Assembly (NCBI GenBank): GCA_030390025.1
Contig: CM059432.1
Location: forward strand, 14,076,001 to 14,140,000
Length of the DNA stretch: 64,000 bases
Reading direction: 5' to 3'
Source: Squalus acanthias
Lineage: Eukaryota
The notes beneath the pieces are model-generated. The model made no database searches. It had not been told where the DNA came from and saw nothing but the letters and a program-made list of their open reading frames with translations. Below, piece after piece: positions 11,402 through 23,614 of the stretch; position 1 is the stretch's first letter, and every line of letters begins with the position of its first letter. The translations under genes were made by a program, and so were the position numbers.

Positions 11402-12093
11402 AGTGAGAAGTCGCACAACACCAGGTTATAGTCCAACAGCTTTATTTGAAATCACGAGCTTTCGGAGCGGCTGCTCCTTCGTCAGGTGAAGTGAAGAAAT
11501 ACAAATGGGCACAGCATATATAGTCAGAGAACAATGCCTGTGCAGAGAACAATTCCAGACGACTACAGTTAATCTTTCTGACTGCCTTTTATCACACCTC
11601 GGCAGAGAGACAATCACGGCAATCAAATCCAACCAGGTCAGTCAGGAAGACATTACATCAAAGACGATAGCAAAATACAACTAAGACAATGAGGTGGGGT
11701 CACAGATGGTCTAATGTGGCAGAGGCTGCAGTCTGTATGGAAAACCAAAAACTTTAAACTTTTTACTTTTTTTACTGGAAATCACATCTGTGAACAAGCC
11801 AACGACGACTCGAGTCTGGATGACTCTACGTCAGGTGGGGTTACATGTAGCGTGACATGAACCCAAGATACCGGTTGAGGCCGTCCTCATGGGTGCGGAA
11901 CTTGGCTATCAGTTTCTGCTCGATGATTTTGCGTTGTCGTGTGTCTCGAAGGCCGCCTTGGAGAACGCTTACCCGAAGATCCGAGGCTGAATGTCCTTGA
12001 CTGCTGAAGTGTTCCCCGACTGGGAGGTAACAGTCCTGCCTGGCGATGGCTGAATGTCCTTGACTGCTGAAGCGTTCCCCGACTGGGAGGTCG
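11402..12093 (-). mobile_element. Penelope-like element, second family: GIY-YIG C-terminus and 3' repeat, 13-bp TSD
   Basis: Minus strand reads LPVGEHFSSQGHSASDLRVSVLQGGLRDTRQRKIIEQKLIAKFRTHEDGLN. TSD aatcatagccaga at 11389-11401 and 12094-12106. About 45-bp internal duplication near 11985-12091. Confidence 0.88.
11452..11489 (-). ncRNA. Minimal type I hammerhead ribozyme motif
   Basis: Reverse complement is tcac CTGACGA a ggagc agcc gctcc GAAA gctc gtga: helix I tcac/gtga, perfect 5-bp helix II, CUC cleavage triplet. Confidence 0.82.
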
Positions 12094-12635
12094 AATCATA
12101 GCCAGAGCATCTCTAGCAATAGTTTATTTTCCCACCCCTACACCATCACTTCTGGAGTCCTCCAAGGACCTATCCTTGGCCCCTTGGCGACATCATCCAC
12201 AGACTTGGGGGTCAGCTTCTACATGTATGCCAATAAGACCCGCCTCTACCTCTCCATCGCCACGCTATTTCTTATGTTTTTATGTTCTTAATGCCTCAAA
12301 TTTAAAATTCTCATATTTGTCTTTTAATCCTTCCATGGTCACGCCCTGCCCTATCTATATAAACTCTTTCAGCCCTATGACCAACCCCCTCCATACTCTC
12401 CATTCCTCAGAATGTGGTCTGTTGTGCATCCCTTCTTTCTTCATCCCATCATAGGCAGTTGCCCATTCAGCCACCTAGGTCCCACTCTCTAGAATTCCTA
12501 AAGTCCTACACCTCCCCAGCTTCTTGTCTTTCTTTAAGACCCTCCTTAAAATCTACCTTTCGACCAAGCTTTTGGTCACCCCTCCTAATCTCTAACTCTT
12601 TGGCTTGTCGTCCATTTTCCTGACATCTCTGCGAG

Positions 12636-13620
12636 ACATTCAGGTTTAGACTGACAAATGCCAGGTAAGATTTGTGCCATATAACTGCCAGATAATGGCC
12701 ATTTGGACAAGAGAAAACCCAGCTACCTCCCCCTGACTGTCAATGGCACCAGCATCGCTGAGATCCCAATCAACAATATCCTAGGAGTCACCACCAATCA
12801 GAACCTGAACTGGACACGCCATAGCAACGCTATGGCTACAAAGGCAGGGCAGAGGCTGGGCACTCTGTGATGAGTGGCTCACCTCCTGATCTCTCAAAAC
12901 CTCTCCATAATCTACAAAGCTCAAATCAGGATTATGATGGAATACTCATCGCTCGCCTGGATGGGTACTGCATTCAAGAAGTCCGGAAAAGTGCTGATCA
13001 CTTGCTTGCTGCCCCGTCACTGGGCTCTTTATCCACCCCTCCATCAGTAGTGCATAGCGGCTGCAGTATGTTCGATCTACATGGTGCACTGCAACAACGC
13101 ATCAAGATTATTTCAACAGCACTTCCCTGCCTTGCCACCTCTACTTCTGAGGAGGACAAGAGCAACATTATTGTGGGAACACCTTCATTTCCAAGTTCCA
13201 CACAAAGCCACGCACCATCCTGACTTGGACATATATCATCGTTACTTCATAAGAACATAAGAAATAGGAGCAGGAGTAGACCATTCGGCCCTTCGAGCCC
13301 GCTCCGCCATTCGATAAGATCATGGCTGATATTCTACTTCAAATCCACCTTCCTGCACTATCCCCATATCCCTTGATTCCCTTAGTATCCAAAAATCTAT
13401 CGATCCCTGTCTTGAATATACTCAACGACTGAGCATCCACAGCTCTCATCGCCGGCTGAACATCCTGGAATTCCCTATCTCATAATACGCGGGAGCATCA
13501 TTACCACAAGAACTGCAGCAGCTCAAGGTGAAGGTCCAACACTACCTTCGCAGGGCAACTGGGGCTGGGCAGTAAAGGCGGCATTGCCAGCTTTGCCCGT
13601 ATCCCACAAACAAATGAAAA
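12636..13620 (+). mobile_element. Diverged CR1/L2-group LINE 3' part (MEYSPLAW family) containing a minus-strand CR1 3' end (about 13248-13447)
   Basis: atggaatactcatcgctcgcctggatgg and the 3' UTR resemble 36218-36730. catagaacataagaaataggagcagg tail at 13248. Confidence 0.7.
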
Positions 13621-14047
13621 AGAAAAGGTCTGGTATAGCACTGCCAGATGCAAAGTAAAGTTCCCTCTACTCTGCCCCAACAGTGTACCTCAGCTCCAAC
13701 CTCAGAAGAGCACCCTCTCCTGCTCCAGTGTCATTTTTCTTCCATCTCCCACACCAGCCATTCCGTGGTTGCTTTGAGGAAGATTCCAAATTCGCTTTTC
13801 AAAATTGTAGAAAGAACCTCAGGATGCAGGAAAGCAAAAGGAAGAAATTGACACCTATGGAATTTCAAACTACAATATGTGCATATGGGGGAAAAATTGA
13901 GTTTTCACATGGTCCAGCACTTCCAAATATTGGCCAGTTTGGATGCAAGAGGCCAAAGAAAAGTCCTGGGGAGGAAGATGAATGGGAGGGGTACAAGCGT
14001 GGGCCAGCAGTGGGCTATAGTCTTGCTGTGGAGCCAGGAGGAGCATA

Positions 14048-15770
14048 GGACTAGAAATTCAGCGGCTTAGCGCCGGCCGTTAAGGCACGTTTTGAAGAAA
14101 AAATGGCGGCCGCCTCGCTTTTGCCCGCTTCCGGCGGGTCCCGCGGTGGCCACCATTTTGGGCAGGTCGGCAGCGCTGCTGTTGCCTGCGCTCGCTGCAG
14201 AAATGAAGATGAGGCAGATCGTGACGCCAATGAGTGCGCAGCGCTCACTTGACGCACGATCTGCCATTTTCACCGTCGGCCCTCCACTTACCGGCCTCTC
14301 TTAATCACGACCAGCTCACCAAGTGTTCACAGCAGGAAGGAGCTCCCGGCAGCAATATTTAAAGGAATCGTCAACAACAACTGGCAGCTGATATGGTTTC
14401 TCACTTTGACTGGCTCTGTGTAACTTTCTGCAACTCTTGCAGCTTTCTAAACTTGTTTAAAGTTCCTGAGGTCACAGGGAGTGTTGGTGCTAGTGGAGAA
14501 TGCCTTCATTCTCATTTAAAAACTTTTGCTCACCACACTTGCTCACAGTCACGGGGGCTCTACTTGCAGTCCCCCTTCCACTCGAGTATCTTCGGGAGAG
14601 GGAGCGGAAGCAGCAAAGGAGTGGAGAAGATGCACACAGAGGGAGGAGGAGGAGGGCCAGGAGGGCACTCAATAGGAGGCCTTACCCACCTAGGGTCTTT
14701 CGAGGGCTCTTCTCCTACCTGCACTTAAGCCAGGAGCAGTGTATTAGGAGGCTCCACTTCAGCAAGGAGGTGGTGACAGAACTCTGCCACCTCCTGCAAC
14801 CAGACCTGCAGCCTCAGAGCAGGGCAACTATGGCTCTCCCAGTAGCCCTCAAGGTCACCGTGGCTCTCAATTTCTTCGCCAGCGAATGCTTCCAGTCTGC
14901 AGCCGGAGACATAGCTAACATCTCCCAGTTTGCCATCCATCACTGCATCCAGGAGGTCACAGACACTCTCTACTCCAGGAGAAGGGACTTCACTGTCTTC
15001 TCCATGAACAGAGAGAAGCAGGACGAGCGCATATTTGGCTTTGGCAGAATAGCGGGCTTCCCCATGGTGTAGGGCGTCATGGACTGCACATACGTGGCTT
15101 TGCGGGCACCGTATACCAATCCTGAGATGTTCCTTAATCGCAAAGGCTACCACTCACTTAATGTGCAGTTGTTGTGCAACCACGCCCAGTGCATCATAGT
15201 GGTCAATGCCCACTATCCTGGCAGCAGTCACGGGTTAGGTTGATTTGGCTATGATAAATTGACCCTTAGTGTTAGGGGGGTATTAAATATGTGGGGTTAT
15301 GGGGATAGGATGGGATATGTTAGGGGGAATTAAATACGTGGGGTTACGGGGGTAGGGTGGGATATGTGTACTGTGGGGATTAAAGCAGGGACAGGGTACT
15401 GGATTTGGATGATCAGCCATGATCGTATTGAATGGTGGAGCAGGCTCGACGGGCCGAATGGCCTACTCCTGCTCCTAGATTCTATGTTTCTATGTTTCTA
15501 TGCCTTCATCCTGCGCCAGTCCAGGGTGCCAGCAATCTTCTAGCTACCATGTCAAACCCGAGGGTGGCTGCTCGGAGACAAGGACTATCCGATCTGCACC
15601 TGGCTCATGACTCCTCTCCGCAACCCCACCACTCCTGCCCAGCACTCATATAATGACAGCCATGCTGCCACCAGGAACATCATTGAGTAGACCATCGGGG
15701 TGCTCAAGCATCGGTTCCGCTGCATTGACTGCTTGGGAGGAGCTCTCCAGTAGTCGCCGGACCACCACAA
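14048..15770 (+). mobile_element. PIF/Harbinger transposon fragment: terminus plus degraded transposase, interrupted by a SINE
   Basis: Terminus ggactagaaattc. ORF 14500-15072 (RRPYPPRVFR, LCHLLQPDLQP, VTVALNFFA) is homologous to 23615-24784. It continues DCT, NRKGYHSLNVQL, SH|DAF across the SINE, with stops. Confidence 0.88.
15232..15502 (+). mobile_element. HE1-like SINE 3' half (headless), one-tail variant
   Basis: Matches 56179-56448. Inserted in the transposase SHDAF codons without a TSD. Confidence 0.88.
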
Positions 15771-16251
15771 AACCATGGCTGATCTTCTACCTCAACTCCA
15801 CTTTCCGGCACTATCCCCATATCCCTTGATTCCCTTAATATCCAAAAATCTATTGATCTCGGTGTTGAATATACTCAACGACTGAGCCTCCACAGCCCTC
15901 TGGGGTAGAGAATTCCAAAGATTCACCACCCCCTGAGTGAAGAAATTTCTCCTCATCTCAGTCCTAAATGGCCGACCCCTTATTCTGAGACTGTGCCCCC
16001 TGGTCCTAGACTCCCCAGCCAGGTGAAACATCCTCGCTGCATCTACCCTGTCAAGCCCTGTAAGAATTTTGTATGTTTCAATGAGATCACCTCTCATTCT
16101 TCTAAACTCTAGAGAATATAGGCCTAGTCTACTCAATCTCTCCTCATAGGACAATCCCCCCATCCCAAGAATCAGTCTGGTGAACCTTCGCTGCACTCCC
16201 TCTATGGCAAGTCTATCCTCCCTTAGGTAAGGAGACCAAAACTGTACACAA

Positions 16252-16395
16252 GCAGCAGCGTGTTTAGCGCTGAGATCAGCGCTCCAATCGTTATAATGAG
16301 CAGGCAGCACGAATATTGGGTGCTGCCTGGACCACTTTCAAATAGCGCTGGCCCTTGACACCGCTCGGTTTCAGGCCTAATTCAATTTCTAATCC
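16252..16395. mobile_element. Harbinger terminal fragment (opposite end)
   Basis: Ends aatttctaatcc; its reverse complement ggattagaaatt matches 14048 ggactagaaatt at 11/12. Contains tagcgct-type subterminal motifs. Confidence 0.65.
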
Positions 16396-16826
16396 AATCA
16401 GACTGACCAGGTGTGGTCTCACCAGGGCCCTATATAATTGCAGTAAGACGTCTTTACTCTTATACTCAAATCCTCTTGTAATAAAGGCCAAAATACCATT
16501 TGCTTTCCTAATTGCTTGCTGTACCTGCATGTTAACTTTCAGTGATTCGTGTACAAGGACACTCGGGTCCCTCTGAACACCAACATTTCCCAATCTCTCA
16601 CCATTTAAAAAATACTCTGCTTTTCTATTTTTCCTGCCAAAGTGGATAACTTCACATTTCTCCACATTATGTTCCATTTGTCATGTTCTTGCCCACTCAC
16701 TTAGCTTGTCTATATCCCCTTGAAGCCTCTTTGCATCCTCCTCACAACTTACATTCCCACCCAGCTTTGTATCATCAGCAAATATGGATATATTACATTT
16801 GGTCCCCTAATCCAAATCAATGATAT

Positions 16827-17745
16827 TGATACAAAGATAGGTGGGAAAGCAAGTTGTGAAGAGGACACAAAGAATCTGCAAATGGATATAGATAGGTTAA
16901 TTGAGTGGGCAAAAATTTGACAGATGGAGTATAATGTGGGAAAATGTGAGGTTATCCACTTTGGTAGGAAAAATAAAAAAGCAAATTATTATTTAAATAG
17001 AGAAAGATTACAAAATGCTGCAGTACAGAGGGATCTGGGGGTCCTTGTACATGAAACACAAAGCGTTAGCATACAGGAACAGCAAGTAATTAGGAAGGTA
17101 AATGGAATGTTGGCCTTTATTGCAAGGGGGATGGAGTATAAAAGTAGGGAAGTCCTGCTACAACTGTACAGGGTATTGGTGAGACCACACCTGGAGTACT
17201 GCGTACAGTTTTGGTCTCCTTATTTAAGGAGGGATATACTTGCGTTGGAGGCAGTTCAGAGAAGGCTCACTAGGTTGATTCCTGAGATGAAGGGGTTGTC
17301 TTATGAAGAAAGGTTGAGCAGGTTGGGCCTATATTCATTGGAGTTTAGAAGAATGAGAGGTGATCTTATTGAAACATATAAGATTCTGAGGGGGCTTGAC
17401 AGGGTAGATGCAGAGAGGATGTTTCCCCTCGTGGGGGAATCTAGAACTAGGGGGCATAATTTCAGAATAAGGGGTCGCCCATTTAAAACGGAGATGAGGA
17501 GGAATTTCTTCTCTCAGAGGGTCGTGAATCTTTGGAATTCTCTACTATCCCAGAGAGCTGTGGAGGCGGAGTTACTGAATATATTTAAGGTGGAGATAGA
17601 CAGATTTTTGAACGATAAGGGAGTCAAGGGTTAAAGGGAGCGGGCAGGGAAGTGGAGTTGAGGCCAAGATCAGATCAGCCATGATCTTATTGAATGGCGG
17701 AACAGGCTCGGGGGACCTGCTCCTATTTCTTATGTTCTTATATAG
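16827..17745 (+). mobile_element. CR1 3' fragment nested in the minus-strand CR1
   Basis: ORF 16924-17634 (KCEVIHFG, RPHLEYCVQFWSP); tail tttcttatgttctta. Confidence 0.92.
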
Positions 17746-18379
17746 ATTGAGAATAGCTGAGGCCCAAGCACTGATCCTTGCGGTACCCCACTAGTTACAG
17801 CCTGCCAACCCGAAAATGACCCGCTTATTCCTATTCTCTATTTTCTGTCCATTAACTAATCCTCAAAGCATGCTAGTATATTACCCCCAATCCCATTAGC
17901 CCTAATTTTGTTTAATAACCTCTTGTGTGGCACCTTATCGAATGCCTTCTGAAAATCCAAATGCACCACATCCACTGGTTCCCCCTTATCTATTCTGCTA
18001 GTTACAACCTCAAAAAACTCTAACAGATTTGTCAAACATGATTTCCCTTTCATAAATCCATGTTGACTCTGCCCAATCCTATTATTATTTTCTAAATCCC
18101 CTTTTACCACATCCTTAATAATGGATTCTAGCATTTTCTCAACTACTGATGTCAGGCTAACTGGTCTGTAGTTCCCCATTTTTTTTCTCTTCTCTCCTTT
18201 CTTAAATAGTGGGGTTACATTTGCTACCTTCCAATCCGTTCTAGAATCTATGGAATTTTGGAAGATGACAACCAATGCATCCACTATCTCTATAGCCACC
18301 TCTTTCAAAACCCTAGGATGTAGGCCATCAGGTCCACGGGATTTATCGACTTTCAGTCCCATTAACTTCTCCAGGCCAT

Positions 18380-19035
18380 TAAAGGTTGCAGCGCAGATGG
18401 ATAAGGACAAGGAAATAAAACAGAATACATCTAGAGACCACAAAAGCCAGGAGATAATGTTGAACTCGTAAAGACCCTAAGCTACAGTTGGCGCATTGGG
18501 TACAGTTTTTGACTTCTCATTATAAAAGGGATTTAAAAGCAATGGAAAAGGCCCAGCATTAGATATACGAGGATGTTATCAGGGACAAAAGGTTACAGTT
18601 ATGAATTGAGATTTCAGCAGCTAAGACTTTTTCTACTGGAGCTGAGAAGGTTGATGGGCGACCTGATTGAGGACTTCAAGACGATGAGAGACTCTGAAAG
18701 GCTATATAGTGATAGATTGTCTCCACTGGTTGGTGAGACAGTAACGAGAGGGCACAAATTTAATGAGAACGCACAAACAAAAGAATCAAAGGGGAGAGGT
18801 GAGAAAACGTGCCTTTGCACCAAGATTGCGAGAATGTAGAATTCTCTGCCACAAATTGTTATTGAAGCAGATTCCATAAGTACTTTTCAAAGAGAATTAG
18901 ATAATTGCTTGAAAAAGAAGAATATTAAACGTATGGGAGCATGCAGGAGCATGGGATTGCTGTTGGTTGATCATGTGGATCATGATATGCCAAACAGCCT
19001 GTTTCTATGCTGTCACCTTCTGTGATTCTATGAAA
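18380..19035 (+). mobile_element. Old diverged CR1 3' fragment
   Basis: ORF 18573-18839 (LRRLMGDLIE, TRGHKF); tail tgtgattctatga. Confidence 0.75.
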
Positions 19036-20149
19036 CAGGATGCCAGAACGGGGTGTTGAAGTCATAGTTTAAGCAGACTGAAACTAATTCCTAGGGGAAT
19101 AAGCTAAAGCATAAATCTTCCTATATCCTACATTAGAGCAGCAGTATTACTGAAAGGGGCCATGGAGATGGTTGGTGTGGGGATGGAAATGTCACACGGA
19201 TGCATGTAGTGTGAGGTGGTCTTCTGTGATTGGATTGAGGTACAGTATTACAGCAGGGTGGTACTTTTACTTTGTATTTACTTGACCCGAGAATAATTGA
19301 GGCTGTTGTTGGGTGGAAAAATGTTAATTTCTCCAACACTGACGTACGTCAAAGTTTGCAATAGATAATGGAGGAGAGCTCATTGACATCCTTGGGGCTA
19401 TTTCTGTTGCTCGTCAATACCACAAAATCATGCTAAATCGACCCAATCGCTTAAGTATATTTAAGTTATTCGAAGCATTTGTGCATTTGTCTATTAGTAA
19501 ATCAACAGCCTGAGGCCCATCTATGAAGCAACAATGTCAGTCTAAACTGTTATTGTAGAGCAGCAGCTTTAGTTCCCAATTACAGTGTGTGAATTGAACT
19601 TGTGCCTGAGCTCATGTTCTGGTTCAACAAATGTTCTCACGGTCCATTTATTGCCACACAGTCTTCTCTCAAGTATTTACAAAAATGACCTTAAAGCTGA
19701 GGCCACTGTAAACGCCCTGTCGATCTCTTTCGTAATCTCAAAGGAGAATGAGTTGTTGATTCAACAGCCCTTGGTTGCAGTCAATATTGAAATAATATTT
19801 ATGTATTGTGAGCCAAATGGTTAAGAGTGTAGGCAACATTTAACGTACCCCCTCCTTTTAGCCTTTGAATTCACAGTAATAAGCACAAAGCAATTCAATT
19901 GACAAATAAAGGATATATTTAAAAATTGACTTAGCTAACATTTGAGAATAAACCTGTGGTGATTTAAAATGTATTGTTGCACGTTTATCTCTCTCCTTAA
20001 GAAGAATGAAATTTGTGAGACGAAGGACACTGCTGAGTGCCAAGAAGAAGAAGAAACTCGTAAAGCAAATCTTCAGAGGTACAAGATCAGGTTTTGTTGT
20101 GCGATGTTCAGTTAGTGCTTGCTGCTGCTCCGAGCAGTGTTTAAACTGT

Positions 20150-20400
20150 ACAGTTCGCCTCAGAGGGTTGTGGGGGTCTGGAACTCACTGCCTGAAAGGG
20201 TGGTAGAGGCAGGAACCCTCATCACATTTAAAAAGTACTTGGATGTGCACTTGGGATGCTCTAACCTGCAGGGCTACGGAGCAAGAGCTGGGAAGTGGGA
20301 TTAGGCTGGATAGCTCTTTGTTGGCCGGCGCGGACACGATGGGCCGAAATGGCCTCTTTCCGTGCTGTAACTTTCTATGATTCTATGATTCTATGATTCT
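20150..20400 (+). mobile_element. CR1 3' end
   Basis: QRVVGVWNSLPERVVEA; tail (TTCTATGA)n. Confidence 0.85.
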
Positions 20401-21482
20401 AAGTGTGTTAAGAACATAAGAACATAAGAATTAGGAACAAGAGTAGGCCATATGGCCCCTTTGAACCTGCTCCGCCATTCAATAAGATCATGGCTGATCT
20501 TCGACCTCAACCCCACTTTCCCGCTCGATCCCCATATCCCTTGATTCCCCTAGAGTTCAAAAGTCTATCGATCTCAGCCTTGAATATACTCAACGATTCA
20601 GGAATAGAGGAATAAGGTGCATAAAAGAGTGAGTGTGTTGGATAGTATTAGAGAAGATAGTACTAGAGGTGGTAGTAGTACCATATTAGATAGGAGCAGA
20701 CTAAGAAAGACTACGAAAAATTAAAAAATGGGTTTAGAATGCATGTATGTAAACGCACAAAGTGTGGTGAATAAGGTTGGTGAGCTACAAGCACAATGAG
20801 CCGTGTGGCAATATGTTGTTGTGGCATTAACGGAAATGTGGCTTAAACATGGCGAGGACTGGGCACTTAATATTCAAGGGTACAATGTGTTCAGAAAAGA
20901 TAGGGAAGGAAAAAAGGGAGATGGGTGGCAGTGCTGATTAAGAAGTGCTGGAAAGGGAGGATGTTCTTGAGGGGACAAGGATAGAATCCATTTGGTTAGA
21001 GTTGAGGAGCAAAAAGGGTATGATCACGCTATTGGGGTATTCTATAGGCTTCCAAAGAGTGAGAGGGAGGTAGAGGAGCAAATCTGCAGGGAAATCGCAG
21101 AGATATGCAAGAGCTATAGGGGGAAAAATTAGGTCGCGCCCCGTTTGGGGCGCAAATATCGTCTAGACGCAAATATTAGCGCCTGGCGCTAATTATCGCC
21201 ACTGACTGGAAACTTCACTTTTACCGCCCCGGGAGGTGAGTGGAGCGCTAAATCAGGTGCTGCACACCTGTCTTAAGGCGCAAAGGCCGAGCAGTGAGGC
21301 GCTAACTCAGCGCGCGAGCGCAGCGCAGGTGCTGCCAGTTAGCGAGGGAACACAGACACACTGGCGCCGGCCAGTTCTTAAAGCGGGGGGGGGGGGGCCA
21401 ACTTGCTCCCCAGCCACACCCTGCTCATTGCAGCCTTGAATCTCGGCCTGGAGAGACCTGTGAATCCATTTTGCTGCCAAGG

Positions 21483-23302
21483 ATGGAGAGGGTGAGAGAA
21501 TGAGCTCATCGCTTCACCGAGCGGGCCTTGGATGCTCTGGTTGGCGCGGTGGAGCGCAGAAGATGTATACTCTTCCCTGAGAGTGGCAGGAGGCCTTTGC
21601 CACGCGAGTACAGAAGAGTGTGGAGGGAGGTGGCTCAGAGCGTCTCCTCCAGGAGCATGGTGCCCAGGACCCATGTTCAATGCCGCAAAAAGTTCAACGA
21701 CCTCACTCGGGTCGTCAGGGTGAGTGGCTTTTTCTCAATACCTCTCCATCCCTCCATCTCAACCTCACTCTATGGCCAGAGGGTCTTAAAACCCCAATGC
21801 ACAACACTCATCCAACACCTATGGCCCTTTCATGAAACACACACACACATTCCACACTTTGCATACAGTAAGGGCTATTCACCTATGGGAGGCACATCAG
21901 GCAAGACCATGGCTGCATACAGTAAGGGCTATTCAACTATGGGAGGCACATCAGGCAAGACCATGGCTGTATATTTACTCAGATGCTGTCCTTTTTCTTG
22001 CAGGCCAAGCTGGCGCATAATCGGAGACAGCAGCAACGGACAGGTGGAGGGCGGCCTCAGCTGCAACCCCTCAGCGATCTTGAGGAGCGCGTCCACAGGA
22101 TTGTGGCAAGCCGGGTGATCGGTCCCGTCGCCACTGGAGACGCCGACCCCGTTCTGGACAGCAATGGTAAGGTCATCACCTTTTTGTCCTCTGTCCTTCC
22201 ACTTGTCCCTCACAACACCAGCCTTTGACACTTTCAATCCAACTTGCTAACTCGCTGCACTTATTCCTCCCTTACTGCCACCCTGTCCTCACGCTAAAGC
22301 CACTCTTGTACCTCCCTGCTTTCAGATGGTGATTCACCAGCTGAGGAGACGGGCCCTGAAGCTGCCAGTGGGAGTGAAGCTGCAGCCGAGGAGGAAGAGG
22401 AAGCCGGAGCATCAGTGCCACCCTCTCCCGAGGAAGCCCATGCCCACACTGGGAACACGCCTTCCCTGGAGGGGAGCAGGGGGGAAGGGTCTGATGAGGG
22501 TGAAGCTCCAGGACCCAGCGGGCTGCAGCAACGCCATGGGGGTAGGGAAGAACGGGGGCCTTCTCCCCATAGGGAGAGTATGCCAGAGACTCCTACTGCA
22601 ATGGACGCAGAGGAGGAGCGGCTGATCGCAGAAATGAACACCCAGGCGGTGGGCATGCACACTGAGCTCATGGGTGCAGTGGGGAGGGTGCCCGAATGCA
22701 TTGAGTCACTGGCAAGGAGTGTGGAGCACTTCGCTGTAGCACAGGCGGATGCCACACTAACGCTTAGTGCTGCAATTCAGTCACTGGCTGCCGTGATCCC
22801 ATCTCTGACTGCTCTCATGCAGACTCAGATTGAGGCCACGCGAGCACAGAGTGCTGCCAACCTCGATGGTTCGTTCACATGTCCCCGGGGCTGTCACCGC
22901 GCCGCAGCAGGCCAGCAATCTGTTCTCCAGCAGATTGCTCCGGATGCTGAAGTGCTGCCCCGTGGGAGTGCCAGTGTGTCGGGCGAGCAGGGAGTTGCTG
23001 TCCTCTCTCACGATGACAGCATTCCTGCTGCCAACACTGTCACTTCTCCACTGCACTTGCCACCGCCTGTAGGACAGACTGCTGCCGCCCATGCAGAGTT
23101 GGTGCAGTCTGCAGCCGGGCCCTCCAGGCCCAGAACTGGTCGAGGCCATCCTTCAGGGGCATCTGCAGTGTCAGGGTCTGACGATCAGCAGCCTTCCACC
23201 AGCCTTGCTGCAGCCACTGAGGTCCCATTACGGAGGAGCAGTAGGGTTAGAAGGGGGGAAGTGCGCAAGGGAAGGAGATCACCCTCGAAGGGCAAAAAGT
23301 AG
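21483..23302 (+). pseudogene. Harbinger Myb/SANT-like DNA-binding protein, 3 exons (21483-21719, 22004-22166, 22326-23302), about 458 aa, one premature stop
   Basis: MERVRE*AHRFTERALDALV..VWREVA..RTHVQCRKKFNDL, then AKLAHNRRQQQRTGGG. Splice sites GTGAGT/ttgcag and GTAAG/ttcag keep phase (0, 1). TGA at 21501 is probably CGA decay. Confidence 0.87.
21861..21968 (+). repeat. 54-bp tandem duplication in Myb intron 1
   Basis: gcatacagtaagggctattca(c/a)ctatgggaggcacatcaggcaagaccatggct x2, 1 mismatch. Confidence 0.9.
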
Positions 23303-23614
23303 GAGGTGTGACAAAATGCTGGTCATTTTTTTATTAAAGGCCGAGGTTCGTGGTCCAACTTTTGTTTAGTGTTTTGGACATTATCTCCAGGTTGTGAGAA
23401 CCAGTTATGTTATTGACTGTTTTTTTGTGTTTATTTCTATGAGTTTGTCATGAGGAAATGACACACACAGAGTTTGTAAAATAAATACGTTTTTGTATTC
23501 AAAATATACATGTTTGGTGTTTGGAATTATTGGTGCCTTGGCCGGCTTAGGGGTTGCGTGCTGGGTTCATTGATGTTGTTAGCAATGGCAGAAGCCATTT
23601 CCACAGCAGGGGCC

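Larger units (their letters stand above)
10560..12635 (+). mobile_element. Degraded L2 LINE (split by Penelope 11402-12093)
   Basis: Remnants of LPFLSKVFE, LLDLxAAFDT (ctccttgacctctttgcagccttcgacac), GVxQG and YA in a C-rich strand. Confidence 0.75.
15772..18375 (-). mobile_element. CR1 LINE RT region in three pieces (15772-16251, 16407-16826, about 17745-18375)
   Basis: ORFs 17856-18443 (GPDGLHP, QHGF, DFQKAFD), 16291-16677 and 15792-16310. Confidence 0.88.

Noticed and set aside
21861..21968. CRISPR-like or coding repeat (ORF 21528-22118)
   Set aside because: Two-unit tandem duplication without spacers, inside a predicted intron; eukaryotic context with no cas genes.
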